A DNA stretch of 64,000 nucleotides from Mobula hypostoma. Its lineage: Eukaryota. Shown piece after piece: positions 40,544 through 53,259 of this stretch; positions within the stretch are counted from its first letter, which is position 1; each line of letters opens with the position of its first letter. The stretch lies in contig NC_086108.1 in assembly GCF_963921235.1 (NCBI RefSeq), positions 41,480,001-41,544,000 of the forward strand, given 5' to 3'. The notes under the pieces are model-generated. The model was not told the DNA's origin. It did not search any database and saw only the letters and a program-made list of their open reading frames with translations. Position numbers and translations under genes: made by a program.

Positions 40544-43500
40544 TAATTTTGTATTGTAATTGTATGTCAGTGCATCTGAGAGAAATAGAGAATTGAGGCA
40601 GCTATGATATAGTAACAGTGCAACACCCGCATTTTTATCAGGCAAGTTTCTATTTCTAGGAAAGCCATTGTAGTAGATTTCCATCTGTGCCATTTGGGTA
40701 TAAGTTATCACCTTGGACATGATGCTGCATGGGAAATCAGGAGGTAAAGACTGTGCACCCTTGTAAACAAATGGAACAGAAATCAAAACAAATCAAAATA
40801 TAAACAGCACCCTATCAATAAATCATAACTCCCGAAACCCGACAACACTAGTTTCCCATTCTGAGATTTATATCAATGTATAATGTATATGGAATAGCTG
40901 AAACATGAAGTTAATTTTATAGTTGTATAGTGATAAATTTAAATTTGTTTGTTTGTTTGTTGCCACATCTACTTTTCACTATGGCCATTAAGTGAGAAAT
41001 ATATACATTCTATATTTTACATATTGTCCGCTATCAGACTCAATTCATATTAGAAATAGAATTTGCTTAAGTTAGCTATTAAAAGTCATCACTTCAAAGT
41101 GCATAAACAAAATTAGGTATAAGTTCCCCACTAATAATCAAACTTTCATTACTTTTAAAAATAATGGACATAGATTTTATATTTGTAAAGAAAAAGTTTT
41201 CTAATTAGGATGTTCATTTGAAAAACGAAACATTCTGAAATGTCTGATTTCATATTTTGAGGATAATTTATCATGACAATTTTCAATTGTGTGGTCCTGA
41301 AAAATTCTTAGTTCTAGCTATTTTATATTATTCATGACTGAAGAAAAGTACATTTGAAAAACGGGCATTTTGATATTTTCAACTTTTTGTGCAGAATTGT
41401 AGTGCATGAGCAAGACATTCTGTGTGGTCAACATTATAATTTAGTAAACCTTGGAAGTTATGATCTTTCATTCGATTCAGTGCCTATGACTCAGGTCTAA
41501 CTACAAAAGGAAATCTCCCTGGTCGGCTGCAGAAAGATTGCCACATTAAAATAGATGTCACGAATGATCAGACTTTCTAGAAAAATTAGTTGTGGATCCT
41601 TTTCAAAATAGTGTGTGCTTAAATAATGTAATAAAAGTGTATGTACAGTATATGTAGGTAAGGCTTGAATTTTTTGGGGTCAATTTGGGTGGAGGTCTTT
41701 ATTTCGCCATTACCTTTGGTAAAATTGGGTTGCTAAAACAATTTGGCAACTGCTTCAATTATGATAAATTGCAACTAAATTAATAATAGCCATTAAATAA
41801 TATCTGCATGTCCAAAGTCATCCATTGCCACTGTATTGTTACCAATCAGTTGTTTTTTAACTATGGAATTACCAAGTCAGGTCTAAGACAAGCCTACTTT
41901 ATGTTCACAAACAATGTAATTGGTCTGTAGTTTATGGACATTATCGCATCATAAAAGTATTAACAACATGGGGATTTATCATTGTAAGGAGCAAGAAACA
42001 AATTTTTAAAGTAGGTTTTCAGGAGTGCTTTTCAGTAATCATCAAGAAAAAACCTAAAACTTCAGATCCTACATGTCTACCGGTTATTTAAACCATTCAT
42101 TAAACCTCCTTGTGGCTAATCTTTTGGGGGAAGCTCTGAGCTATTATAGAATGACACAGATGATAAGATACAGGCATCCTGGTTTTACAATTAGTTTTAA
42201 TGTCTTTGTTTTCAAAACAAAACAGGCTCTGACTCATTATCACTCATTTTAGTCAATATGTGTAACAACAAAGCACATAAGGACATTGCAACAATACGCA
42301 GCGGGTGTGTTCTGGTGATTAATGACAGGCTAGCTGTAATTCCAGATCACACCAGATTTTAGAATTTATATATCAAAGCAATTTTTTTTAACGTTCTTCC
42401 TTGTTAAAAGAACCTAATGATGTTGGCCATGACTCAGGGAATCATTTCCTGAGTTTTGAGTCAACAGCCATAGGTTCAACTTCTCCGGGGGATCTCCAAG
42501 ACATAATGTTCAAAGCAAAGTGGTAGAGTACTGTACTGTTCGTGATGTTGCATGGGGTTTTGTCCTTTTGAAAATCAAAGGTCTTTGTTCGTTGTTGTAA
42601 GAAGACTTAATTCTTTAAATTCTTGACAATTAAAGGTATTATTTGTTTCCTCCGTAGACCAGATGCCCAAATGACCTTGTGACCCCTCATTGATAATATT
42701 TCTTATGTAATATCTAGTCTCTGATCACAAGTAACAAGAAAATTGCTACTGAATCGTATAATAAGTGATCATCTTTTCAGTGAAATATCATCCCTCAGTT
42801 ATACAAGTTAGTTTATCATCTGTATAGTTTCCCTACAATAATGAAAAGCTCGAGTTCTTATTTCCCACTTGCACCAGCATTTAAAATATGAATAATAAAT
42901 CATATTAAAGGCTAAAAGCAATGGACCTCCATACACAGAAGGTAACTGAGTTATATCAAGAAGCATGGGGCAATAGTAACAATACCTCAATCAATTCTCA
43001 TTGCTGACCCCCATTAATGTGGGCCAGGCAAGATGCCAGAGCTACTTGTACAACTCTTGGACAGTTCAACATTTGGGAAGGAAGGAAATCTGGCCAGGAA
43101 TAACTCAATCAACCTCTAGCAGCCTATTAAAGGGAATAGGTGAAATAAAGTTGAAAAGGCCATCAAGAGAATAGCAGATTGCAATGGAAATGTTAAGAGA
43201 AGTCTGTTTAGTTAAACTAGTACAAATGTATGGATAGAAAAATATCATTTTAAGATGAACTCCACTTTAATTCACCCGAACCTTGCATAATATACAAACA
43301 GCTGCGTTTCAAGCTGCACTACCCAATGTTTAGCAGCAAGTCAAGAAAAAAATGGCAGCAACACCGACTGCAAAACATCTTTGGGCCCCCGTGTTGCATC
43401 ACCTGAGTCTGATGTGAATATGTTATGTAGGTGCTCACCTGTTTGAAACAGTTTTTCCTATTTGACTAATTAAATAAATCCAGCAGCTGTTTTTTCTTTT

Positions 43501-43981
43501 GTTGATTCTGTCTCTAATACCCATAAATCAACAAGAACATGTTAAAAATCAGACTTCTCACTCAACTTCTGGCTATTGGATTGCTCATCAGCTCCCTAGG
43601 GAGATGGCTGGCTACTTATTAAGGGAAATATATAAAATAATCTGTGTGCAAGGCATTATCAATGTCAATTTTTCTCTGTTGTCAAGTAACTTTAAGCTTC
43701 ACGTTATAACCAACTCCAGTCTGCTAAAAAAAAAGACAATTACAGTTTATAATGAATGCTCTATACATACAGTGCATGAGCATTTTTGGCAAGCTTTTAA
43801 TCACTGTGTGTGAAAGGATCACTATGATTTGATCAAACTGAGACGGGCTACAAAATTGACACCAATGAATTTCTTTCTGAGTATGATCCAAAACCCTGTC
43901 CTGTAGTTCAAAGTACAAGGACAGTCCTTTCTTACTACTAAAAAAAAGTTTGAGCCTATTTTCTTGCATCATTCCTAATCT

Positions 43982-44365
43982 TATAACCATATAACCATAT
44001 AACAATTACAGCACGGAAACAGGTCATCTCAGCCCTTCTAGTCTGTGCTGAACTCTTACTCTATCCTATCCCCACCGACCTGCACTCAGCCCATAACCCT
44101 CCATTCCTTTCCTGTCCATATATCCTGTCCATATAAACGACGACATCGAACCTGCCTCAACCACTTCTGTTGGAAGCTCATTCCGCACAGCTACCACTCT
44201 CTGAGTAAAGGAGTTCCCCCTCATGTTACCCCTAAACTTTTGTCCTCTAATTCTCAACCCAAGCCCTCTTGTTTGAATCTTCCCCACTCTCAATGGAAAA
44301 AGTCTAACCACGTCAACTATATCAATTCCCCTCATAATTTTAAATACCTCTATCAAGCCTCCCCT
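43982..44365 (-). mobile_element. CR1 3' end fragment
   Basis: GGLIEVFKIMRGID...TRGLGL...FTQRVVAVRNELP; tandem tail (ataaccat)n. Confidence 0.88.
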
Positions 44366-44477
44366 TTTACCTGTATGCCCTATTTTGATTACTTCTACCA
44401 AAATGTAGCACCTCACATTTTTCAGCATTAAACTGCATCCGCCTCTACTGTAGTCAGATCAAAAGGAAGCCTGAACA

Positions 44478-45380
44478 CTGTGTGACTAGGCATAGCTCAA
44501 ATGCCATCTATAAATTTGCTGATGATACAACCATTGTTGGTAAAATCTCAGATGGAGTTGGGAGGGCTCACAGGAGTGAGATATATCAGCTAGTGGAGTG
44601 GTGTTTCAGCAACAACCTGGCACTCAATATCAGTAAGGTGAAAGAGCTGATTGTGGACTTCAGGAAGGGTAAGATGATGGAGCATGAACCAATCCTCATA
44701 GAGGGATCAGAAGAGGAGAGAGTAAACAATTTGAAAATCCTATATGTCAATATCGCTGAGGATCTGACGTACCAAAATATTGATGTAGCTATAAAGAAAA
44801 CAAGACAGTGGCTATATTTCATGGTGAGGAGATCTGGTTTGTTTCCTAAAACACTCGAAAACCTCTATAGATGTATAGTGGAGAGCATTCTGACAGGCTG
44901 CATTACTGTCTGGTATGGCGGGGGGTGCTACCACACAGAACTGAAAGAAGCTACAAAAAGTTGTAAAATGAGTCAACTCTATCTTGGGCACTAGCCTCTG
45001 TAGTATCCAAGACATCTTCAAGGAGTGGTGCCTCCGAAAGGGGGCTTCCATTATTAAGGACCCCCATCACCCAAGGACCCTCTTCTCATTGTTACCATCA
45101 AGAAGGAGGTGCAGAAGCCTGAAGGCATATACTTAGCAAACAGCTTCTGCCATACAATTCCTAAATGGATATTGAACCCATGAAAACTACTTCACTTTTT
45201 TAAATATATATCATTTCTGTTTTGCACTCTTTTAAATCTAACTATTTAATATACATATGTACTTACTGTAATTGATTCACTTATTTATTAATTTCTATAT
45301 TATCATGTATTACATTGTACTGCTGCTGCAAAGTTAACACATTTCATTACACATGCTGGTGTTAATAAACCTGATTCTGA
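44478..45380 (+). mobile_element. Rex1/Babar-type LINE 3' fragment
   Basis: ORF 44482-44994 IYKFADDTTIVG...KELIVDFRK...ESILTGCITVWYG; ends aataaacctgattctga. Confidence 0.9.
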
Positions 45381-46267
45381 AATCAGGTTTTATTTCACAA
45401 TGAAACTGGACACCAAACTTTGAGGTTTTTCCTTTCCCCAAACCAAGCCCCTTGGTCATAACGGCAATATCTACTAAGCATGACCAGTTGTACTTTTATG
45501 GCAGCTAAACAGTATCAGTGAGCAACCTAGTGCCATTTATTCACTTGTCACCCTCAGATGAAACAATTGTTACTTTAACATTGCTTCCACTTCTGATGCA
45601 GCATGTGCTCCCAGATCTCTTTGACTGGTGCAAAACAGAACGACAAAGAGTGCTTGCATTTCATGTTAAATATTGATAGGCAGGAATTGGCAATGAAAAG
45701 TATCAAGCTTATTAGAACAGCTTTTGATACTTTGTTCAGTGAACACCAGCAGCGATAAAGATTTGTAATTTTGTTAATGATACTAGTTCCTGCTCCTTCG
45801 GGACTTGCCTAGTCCAGTTTTTCAACCCAAATGACAGAGCTGTGCAAAAGTCTTGGGCATATATATAGCTAAGTCTTCTGCGCAATACTGTATCTATCAA
45901 TGTGAAGTGGAGAGCTAAATCTGGCAGGAGCAAAGGATGTTGGGAATGGTGAGGATGGAGCAACATGGGAGGGGAGCGGTGTGGGACACATGACAGAGGA
46001 GTGCTAAGGCAGGAGTTGGTGCAGGTGCAAATACACCCAGCCTTGAGACAACAGGCAAGATCAGTTGATTCCAAACAAGTGCTTTATTAATCATTACAGA
46101 ATGTCTCTCTGGTGCATTCTGCTCCCTCCTCTCTCCTTTCCCCTTTTCTCAACTCTCAGTCCACCTTAGAAACCCATATCAGAATCAGGTTAATCATCAC
46201 TCACATACATCATAAAATTTGTTTTTTTCTTGTGGCAGCAGTACAGTGCAATACATAAAATTACAAC

Positions 46268-46335
46268 AATACTGTGTAAAAATCTTAGGCATCCTAGCTA
46301 TATATACATGCCTAAAACTATTGCACAGTATTGTA
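46268..46335. mobile_element. Tiny palindromic Tc1/mariner-type MITE inside a LINE tail; second copy at ~45836-45892
   Basis: aatactgtgtaaaaatcttaggca ... tgcctaaaactattgcacagtatt inverted arms, flanked by TA. Confidence 0.65.
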
Positions 46336-46586
46336 TTTCTGTAACATGTTGAATTAAGCACATCAGTATATGGAGAATGATTTCCTGACAATATTAGGTT
46401 TACCCCAGATTCCTTTCTATACCACTAGTGACCTCATTAAAATTCTCCTCCCTACCTCTGCCTGGCCAACAACCATGGTTTCTTCAGTTTCCTCATACTT
46501 TTTGTCCTCATGATATGGCGGCATTGCATTAGTTTACACAGGACACTGAGAGAAGGTGTGGAGCTTAACATATTATGATAGGAGCA

Positions 46587-46830
46587 GACAAGAGAAAATC
46601 TGCAGATGCTGGAAATCCAAGCAACACACACAAAATGCTGGAGAAACTCAGCAGGCCAGGCAGCATCTATGGAAAAGAGTACAGTTGACATCTTGGGCCA
46701 AGATCCTTCATCACTCTGACTCCTCATCTTTATTCCCAGTCCTGATTGAGAGTCTCGGCCCGAAACGCCAACTGTACCCTTTTCGATAGATGCTGCCTGG
46801 CCTGCTGAGTTCCTCCAGCATTTTGTGCAT
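46587..46830. mobile_element. Palindromic (head-to-head) Penelope-derived element made of two 3'-repeat arms
   Basis: Arm 46629-46723 is an imperfect reverse complement of 46742-46827. Each arm holds a decayed hammerhead. Confidence 0.85.
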
Positions 46831-47234
46831 GATGGAACAGCATTGAATAGGGCAGTTTTCTTCTTCAAGAAAACCTGCTTCACCAATTTGTGATACTGAT
46901 GTACAGCTAACATTTAAAATTGTGTTCGCTCCTTTCAAATGCTATGATTCCTCCACTGTATGCAAGGAACTGAAAAGGAAGTACAACAATATCATGTGTT
47001 GGTTTTTGGTCATGTGACAAAATAATGCTGCATGTTGAAGCCGGTCCCGTATCTGATCACCACACAGCCTAGAAGAATTGTTTTTAACTTACCGGCACTT
47101 GGATTCAATGCTGCTCAGAATTAGTATCATCCTCTCTTACCAATTTTTTTTCTCTGACATTTGGGTTGGATATTAAATCTGCTTACGCAAATAATTTAAA
47201 ATATTTTCTACTTTGGAATATTTTTTACCAATGC

Positions 47235-47952
47235 TCCTCTACTGCCAGGATGAGGCCACACTCAGGTTGGAGGAACAACACCTCAGATTCCATCTGGAAC
47301 ATCAATTTCTCTAATTTCTGGAAATTTCTCCTTCTTCCCCTTCGTTCTTTTTCCATTCCCCATTCCGGTTCCCCTCCTATCCCCTTTGCTTCGCCTCACC
47401 TGGCCATCACCTTTCTTCCATAGTCCACTTTCCTTTCCTAACACATTTCTTCTCCTCCTACCCTTCACCGCTTCTACCTACCATCTCCCAGCTTTTTGCG
47501 TAACCCACCTTTCCCCAAACTGGTTTCATCTATTACCTGTCAGCTTATGTTCTGTGCCCAATGAAGCAGTGGAGGCTACCTCATTAAATATATTTAAGAC
47601 AAAGTTAGATAGATCTTTGCATTGTAGAGGAATTAAGGGTTATGGGGAAAAGGTAGGTAGGTGGAGATGTCCATGGCCAGATTAGCCATGATCTTATTGA
47701 ATGGCGGAGCAGGGTCAACAGGCCTGATGGCCTACTCCTGCTCCCATTTCTTACGTTCTTATACTCCTTCCCCTCCCCCTACCTTCTTAGGCTGGCCTCT
47801 TCAGCCTTCCTTTCCATTCCTGATTAAGGCCCTTAGCCCAAAACACTGACTGTTAATTCCCTTCCATAGATGCTGCCTGACTTGATGAGTTCCTGCAGCA
47901 TTTTGCGCATGTTTCTCAAGATTTCCAGTATCTGCAGAATCTCTTGTGTTTA
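47235..47952 (+). mobile_element. Decayed Penelope-like 3' fragment with a nested CR1 3' end (~47550-47760)
   Basis: gatgaggccacactcaggttggaggaacaacacctc (DEATLRLEEQHL); decayed hammerhead at ~47816-47851. Confidence 0.8.
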
Positions 47953-50037
47953 TTATTTCCATTATAATTTTTGCAGGACTGAAACTAATAACCTTCTTAT
48001 AACAGAACTGTATGTGTGAACTGATAATATTTCATTGAAGGAACCATGTATTTGGCACCTGAGTGACTAGAAAAAGCAACTGCATATCTGCTTCAAAAAT
48101 CCACTTGAGGGACTATAGTGTTAACAGTGCATGCACTGAAAAGAAGTACAAATTAAACTGTGTGAATTCGATGTCAGATCAACAATGGGAAGCAAAATAA
48201 AAAAAGGAAGAGAGATTGGATTAAAAAAAGAGAAAAGAGGCAGCAGGAAGAATCTTTATTTATTTGATTTCAATGTTTTATAATCCCTTGAATTCAAATC
48301 TGAAGGAATGAGACTCTGCAGTAATTAATTTTTAGTACCAGTGATTATCTGAAAGTAATAAGTGCTAATTTCATTGTTAAAAGTATACTCAGACTGAGGT
48401 GGACAAGGCAATTTTCAGCAATGAGGTTAGTGTGTAGATTGTGCATCTTCAGTACAGTTGATTCACTCCTTTGGCAAGGCAGAGAGCAAGGTGCGATTTT
48501 CTCAAAAATAATGGCTTCTGAGACAGTAAATTTTGGATTTCAGCAATAAGCCACAAATTTGTCCTTCTCTGAAGTCGCTGCAGGATTTGAGCATAAATAC
48601 TACCAATTGCCATTAGGCTCACTGCTATTTTGAGAAGAAATCACGTCTAATTAAGTTCATGGTGCATTTTGTGCACTCCCTACTTGGACAAGTACGGTCT
48701 TACCTGCACCCAGGCTGAGGGCGAGCGTTATGATCTCTCGAGTGCCAGATTCACGGACTATAGCATCACGTCATGAGCTCTGCAAGCCTGTGCATCTGTA
48801 TTTTGTCTTACCTAAAGTCGTTAAGCCCTTCTGCTTTCTGCTTAATCTTGTTAAGTTTATTTTGACTGGCATGGGTTTTCTGCATACTCTGATTATTTAA
48901 AGTGGACCCCCAGTTAGCGATTATGGTCCTTTATGTTTTGAGAGTGATTCTTCTGGCGGTGTCGCATGGTCGAGCCACCAATGTTCTGCTGCAATTCCTA
49001 TGAATAAACTCTTGTTTCTGTCTCTACATGGGAGTGTGTCGTTCCTCCACATCTGAGTTCAGTTGTTAGTCAGAGCGCAGCATGACCCTTCACTTCTGCT
49101 CTTCGGAGGCTTTAACTTAACCTGCTATTGTCAAAACCTCAATAGATCTACTGAGTCCTCCTATTTTCCACTTTGCTGACGTTGTTATAGTGCAAGACTG
49201 CTGATCTCAAGCATGTCCTTCTAGTTATTCTTACATAGCTCTACGATAACCTATAATTTACAAATTAGATAGCCTTATTTTACATTCTCCAATATTATAG
49301 GGGAGATGTATATAATGTTATAATATTACCTAGGTCAGTGACAACCCAATTGTGTCACAAATAATTAATTGGCTTTCTTATAGGAGAGATCAGGAAAGTA
49401 CAGCATTGTTAATGCCCTCATCGCTATAGGTAACCCAGCTTTCTTATGCCCTGAAACTCACTTTGGAAACCATTCCATGCACCTACCTACCTGCATTCCA
49501 TCCCTTGAAAGCCTTTCTGCTGCTAGAACTTATAGATATTGATCCAAATTCACTTTAACTTTTAGCAATAATTGGAATTGGAACTTGAAGGTTAAAACAG
49601 GACTTCAGAGACCTGTTGGCATAAGTGCAGCTCTTTCCCTGTGAACTACGTGGTCATGATTCTGTGCTGAGGGTCTAATGTAAGTACACGTTGTTGGAGA
49701 CTTAAATCTATTTGGCAGTTCTGAAGGTGTACAATTAGGAGATCTTACAAAAAAGATCTTGAATTTCAGAAAGGGAAAATAACACCTTTTTCCAAAAGTA
49801 TACAGCATATGGGAGAAAACTTGTAAGAATCTACATTTAAAAATCATGTCAAATCTTGAACTGCGAAAACACTTTGGACATTGTGCTAGTGTTTGTCTGT
49901 TGAAAATTCTTATAAATTCATACATAAAGGGGGATATTTTATAAAAAGAAAGTGAAAAGATGCCAGTTGGCTGGTTCTAGAATCCAGTAAGCTCCTCTGT
50001 ATGCTGACTGCTTCCTGAACTGAATGGCTTTCTGGGA

Positions 50038-50070
50038 ACACAGATCAAAGTTGCTGGTGAACGCAGCAGA
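50038..50070 (-). mobile_element. 33-nt insertion of the extreme 3' terminus of the young Penelope-like family
   Basis: ACACAGATCAAAGTTGCTGGTGAACGCAGCAGA matches 52870-52901 and the reverse complement near 36000-36030. Flanked by TTTCTGGGA at 50029-50037 and 50071-50079. Confidence 0.85.
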
Positions 50071-51174
50071 TTTCTGGGAGTCTGGCTAAAACAATCTGCT
50101 CAATGGATATAAACCAACAAAGTAGAACCAGCCAAGCCACTAAGCTATAATTGTTACACTTATTTGCATTCTTTGCAGATTATTTATGGAAGCTCCAATT
50201 GGTTCCTCTTTGGTTCTTCTAACTGGAATTCCAAGGACTGCATTCTACTTAAAACTACACTGATAAAGAGAATGCACAATTCTCCTTCTGTTACAGCATC
50301 TTAGGATGTGCAAACAGACACACTGTGTGTTCTTCCTGCACATTTGTTACAATGTGACAGCATCGTTGGACTAGGGAAGCACGGAAAATGTATGGCACAA
50401 AAGGGGACCATTTGGCCAATTGTATCTGTGCTGGTCAAAAAGGACTCAACCTTTTTGTGCCAGGTTCATTGTCCTACAAGTCACAGCTCTTCGGGTATTG
50501 TTTTAAGTACTGTTTAAATGTACAAATCTTTCAACTTCTGCCATCTTATCAGACAGTGAGTCCCAGATCCCTACCATCCTCTGAGTAAAAAAAAAGTCAT
50601 CTTCTCCCCATTTATCCTTCTAATTTACATCATTCATATTTGATGATGATTAACATCATCAGAATTATTCATTATCCTATAATGTACTGGTGCTCTCTGC
50701 CGGCTTGGAGAAACATTAAATGGGTGATCATCTAAACCACCTTTAAAAAGTAGAATTGAATCCTTCAAAGTGCAAAAATTACAAGGGGATTTGGATGTGC
50801 AAATAGGAGACACTGCTGACGATTACAACGGGGATATTAACTAAAAGAGTTCCGATTTTAAGATTGTTGACCAAAGATCCAAAGGGGAATTGAGATACTT
50901 TGATGTTACACAATGGTTTGGAATGGACATTGTTAGTAGAAGAAGGTTCAATATTAATATTGCAAAGGGAATTGGATAAATTCTTAATGAAGAAATGAAA
51001 TGAGCGCAGGTAGAGGCCAGAGGAATGCGTATGCCCTTCAAACACTAAGCACAGATACAAAAGAGTGAAAGACCTTAAATCTCATGGAACGGTTGCTGCT
51101 GTTAATGTTTAATATCGGTAGGACCGTTTGACATAAATAATGCCGTCCCTTGCTACATCAAGACATAACCCTAC

Positions 51175-51485
51175 AAGGGCAGCATGGTACAGCAGCCGTT
51201 AACATAATGCTTTACAATGCCATTGACTGGGGTTTGATTCATGCCACTGTCTGTAAGGAGTCTACACGCTCTCCCTCTGACTACATGGGTTTCCTCCAGA
51301 ATCTCTGCTCTGCTTTCCTCCCATCTTCCAATAGGTTAGTAACTTGTGGGCAGGCTGTGTTGGCACCGGGAGCATGGTGACACTTGTGAGCTGCCCCCAG
51401 AATGTATTCGGTCCATGTTAGTCATTGAAAAACACAACACGTTTCATTGTATGTTTCTATGTACACATGACAAATAAAGCTCATC
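51175..51485 (+). mobile_element. V-SINE-like element
   Basis: gggcagcatggta...ggggtttgattc...ctgtctgtaaggagt...gggtttcctcc; tail gacaaataaagct. Confidence 0.65.
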
Positions 51486-52929
51486 TTTTTTTTTCTCTTT
51501 TAAAATCTTTCTTTTAACGTTTGTTAATTCTGTAAGTTGCTTGTTCTGAGCTTCCACGGCAGTGTATTTTGGTTTCTTTTAGTACCAGTTATCTTGCTGC
51601 TGCCCAGCAATCTCCTTCTCTTTCATTACCTTCGCTGGACTGCAGGAAAGAGCAATTGCACAAAAATCATTGTCTTTATCACCATCAACCCACCTCCCTT
51701 CTCTCACTCCACCCATCCCATTTCTTCCCCCTCCCACACACCAGAAGGCCCACAGTAAACAGTCAGACTGTTCTGCTTACCTCCACAGGTATTGTCAGAT
51801 GTGACCTTGGAAAATAAAGAAATGGAAACAGATAAATTATTACAATCTCCTTCTGGCAAGAGCTGCTTTCAGTTCTTGAGTTGTTCTCATCTGCAATCGA
51901 TCCTCCTCATTTGAAAACAGCCACTTTTCCCAGAGCACCACAGTAACACTATATTCCCAGCACAGATGTTTCTGATTGAATTGTAGATGGTTCAGCTGGA
52001 GTTTGGAATTATATTTACTTTTGTAGGTACTTGACTTGCGAGTCTTCTAGCTTGGATGTTTCCGTTCCTGTCTCTTACAGTGGTTAATGCAAAGTTAATG
52101 TATTTGTCAGCTGCCTTCAAGCTTGCAGATATTGATCAAAATTCATTTTACCTCCCAGCAATATTTGGAATTTGTTACCCTAACTAAAAGGATAAAGCAG
52201 GGTTTTGGTTGGAGGTGGATGGACTTTCTCACTGATAAGGTTTTCCCCGAATATTGGTAATTTCAGATGGGTTAACGTAACAGGGAGGTGGTCTATTCTA
52301 CTTCTGTGACCAAGCGCTTATTGGACAGCTTAATGATATTATTGACTGGCATTTTTTACCTGTTCATTTAGTGCTCATTATCCATATCCAGACCTTTTTT
52401 GTAATCATTATATAGGTACTTCTGTGAGCATAATTCATCTGGCACCATTAATTTGTCACAATTTTCTTCTAAAAATTGTCTCAATTTTATTTTCTTTATC
52501 TGTACTCTATTCACAATTAATCTCCTCTTACCCTATACCTTTTTTTCTTCCCTAACCTTGTCTATCATCATGGCTATCAGTGGCAATGATATATTTTGCT
52601 CACTCCTCTATTTGTTGTAGTCCGTTAGGTAGAGCAAGGTTATTTCATTGATGAAATGCATCCTTCCTGTCTGCCCTTCCTTCCAGCTACAACATGTTGG
52701 TGCTCAGCCTTTTGGGAAGATCCTTAGCACAATTACCTCAATCTAGAATCTGAATTTGGATTACCACAAGTGCTTCAGCTCCTCCACTGGAATGGGGCCA
52801 TTTTGACTCTCTACCCTTACCTATAGTTGGGATTGTTGAGAGGAAATTACAATGTGTAAGAGACAGGCAACATACATCAAAGTTACTGGTGAACGCAGCA
52901 GGCCAGGCAGCACCTGTAGGAAGAGGTGC

Positions 52930-52965
52930 AGTCAACGTTTCAGGCCGAGACCCTTCGTCAGGACT
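52930..52965 (-). ncRNA. Minimal type I hammerhead ribozyme motif, intact core
   Basis: Minus strand reads AGTC-CTGACGA-AGGGTCTCGGCCT-GAAAC-GTT-GACT. Stem I is AGTC/GACT, core CUGANGA, stem II AGG/CCT, then GAAA, palindromic AACGTT and an NUH triplet GUU. Confidence 0.85.
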
Positions 52966-53259
52966 AACTGAAGGAAGAGTGAGTAAGGGATTTGAAAGTT
53001 GGAGGGGGAGGGGGAGATCCAAGATGATAGGAGAAGACAGGAGGGGGAGGGATAGAGCCGAGAGCTGGACAGGTGATAGGCAAAAGGGGATACGAGAGGA
53101 TCATGGGACAGGAGGTCCGAGAAGAAAGACGGGGGGGGGGTGACCCAGAGGATGGGCAAGAGGTATATTCAGAGGGACAGAGGGAGAAAAAGGAGAGTGA
53201 GAGAAAGAATGTGTGCATAAAAATGAGTAACAGATGGGGTACGAGGGGGAGGTGGGGCC

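Noticed and set aside
48640..49240. Locally CpG-richer block in the long intron
   Set aside because: No ORF, termini or second copy that I could identify; cannot classify.
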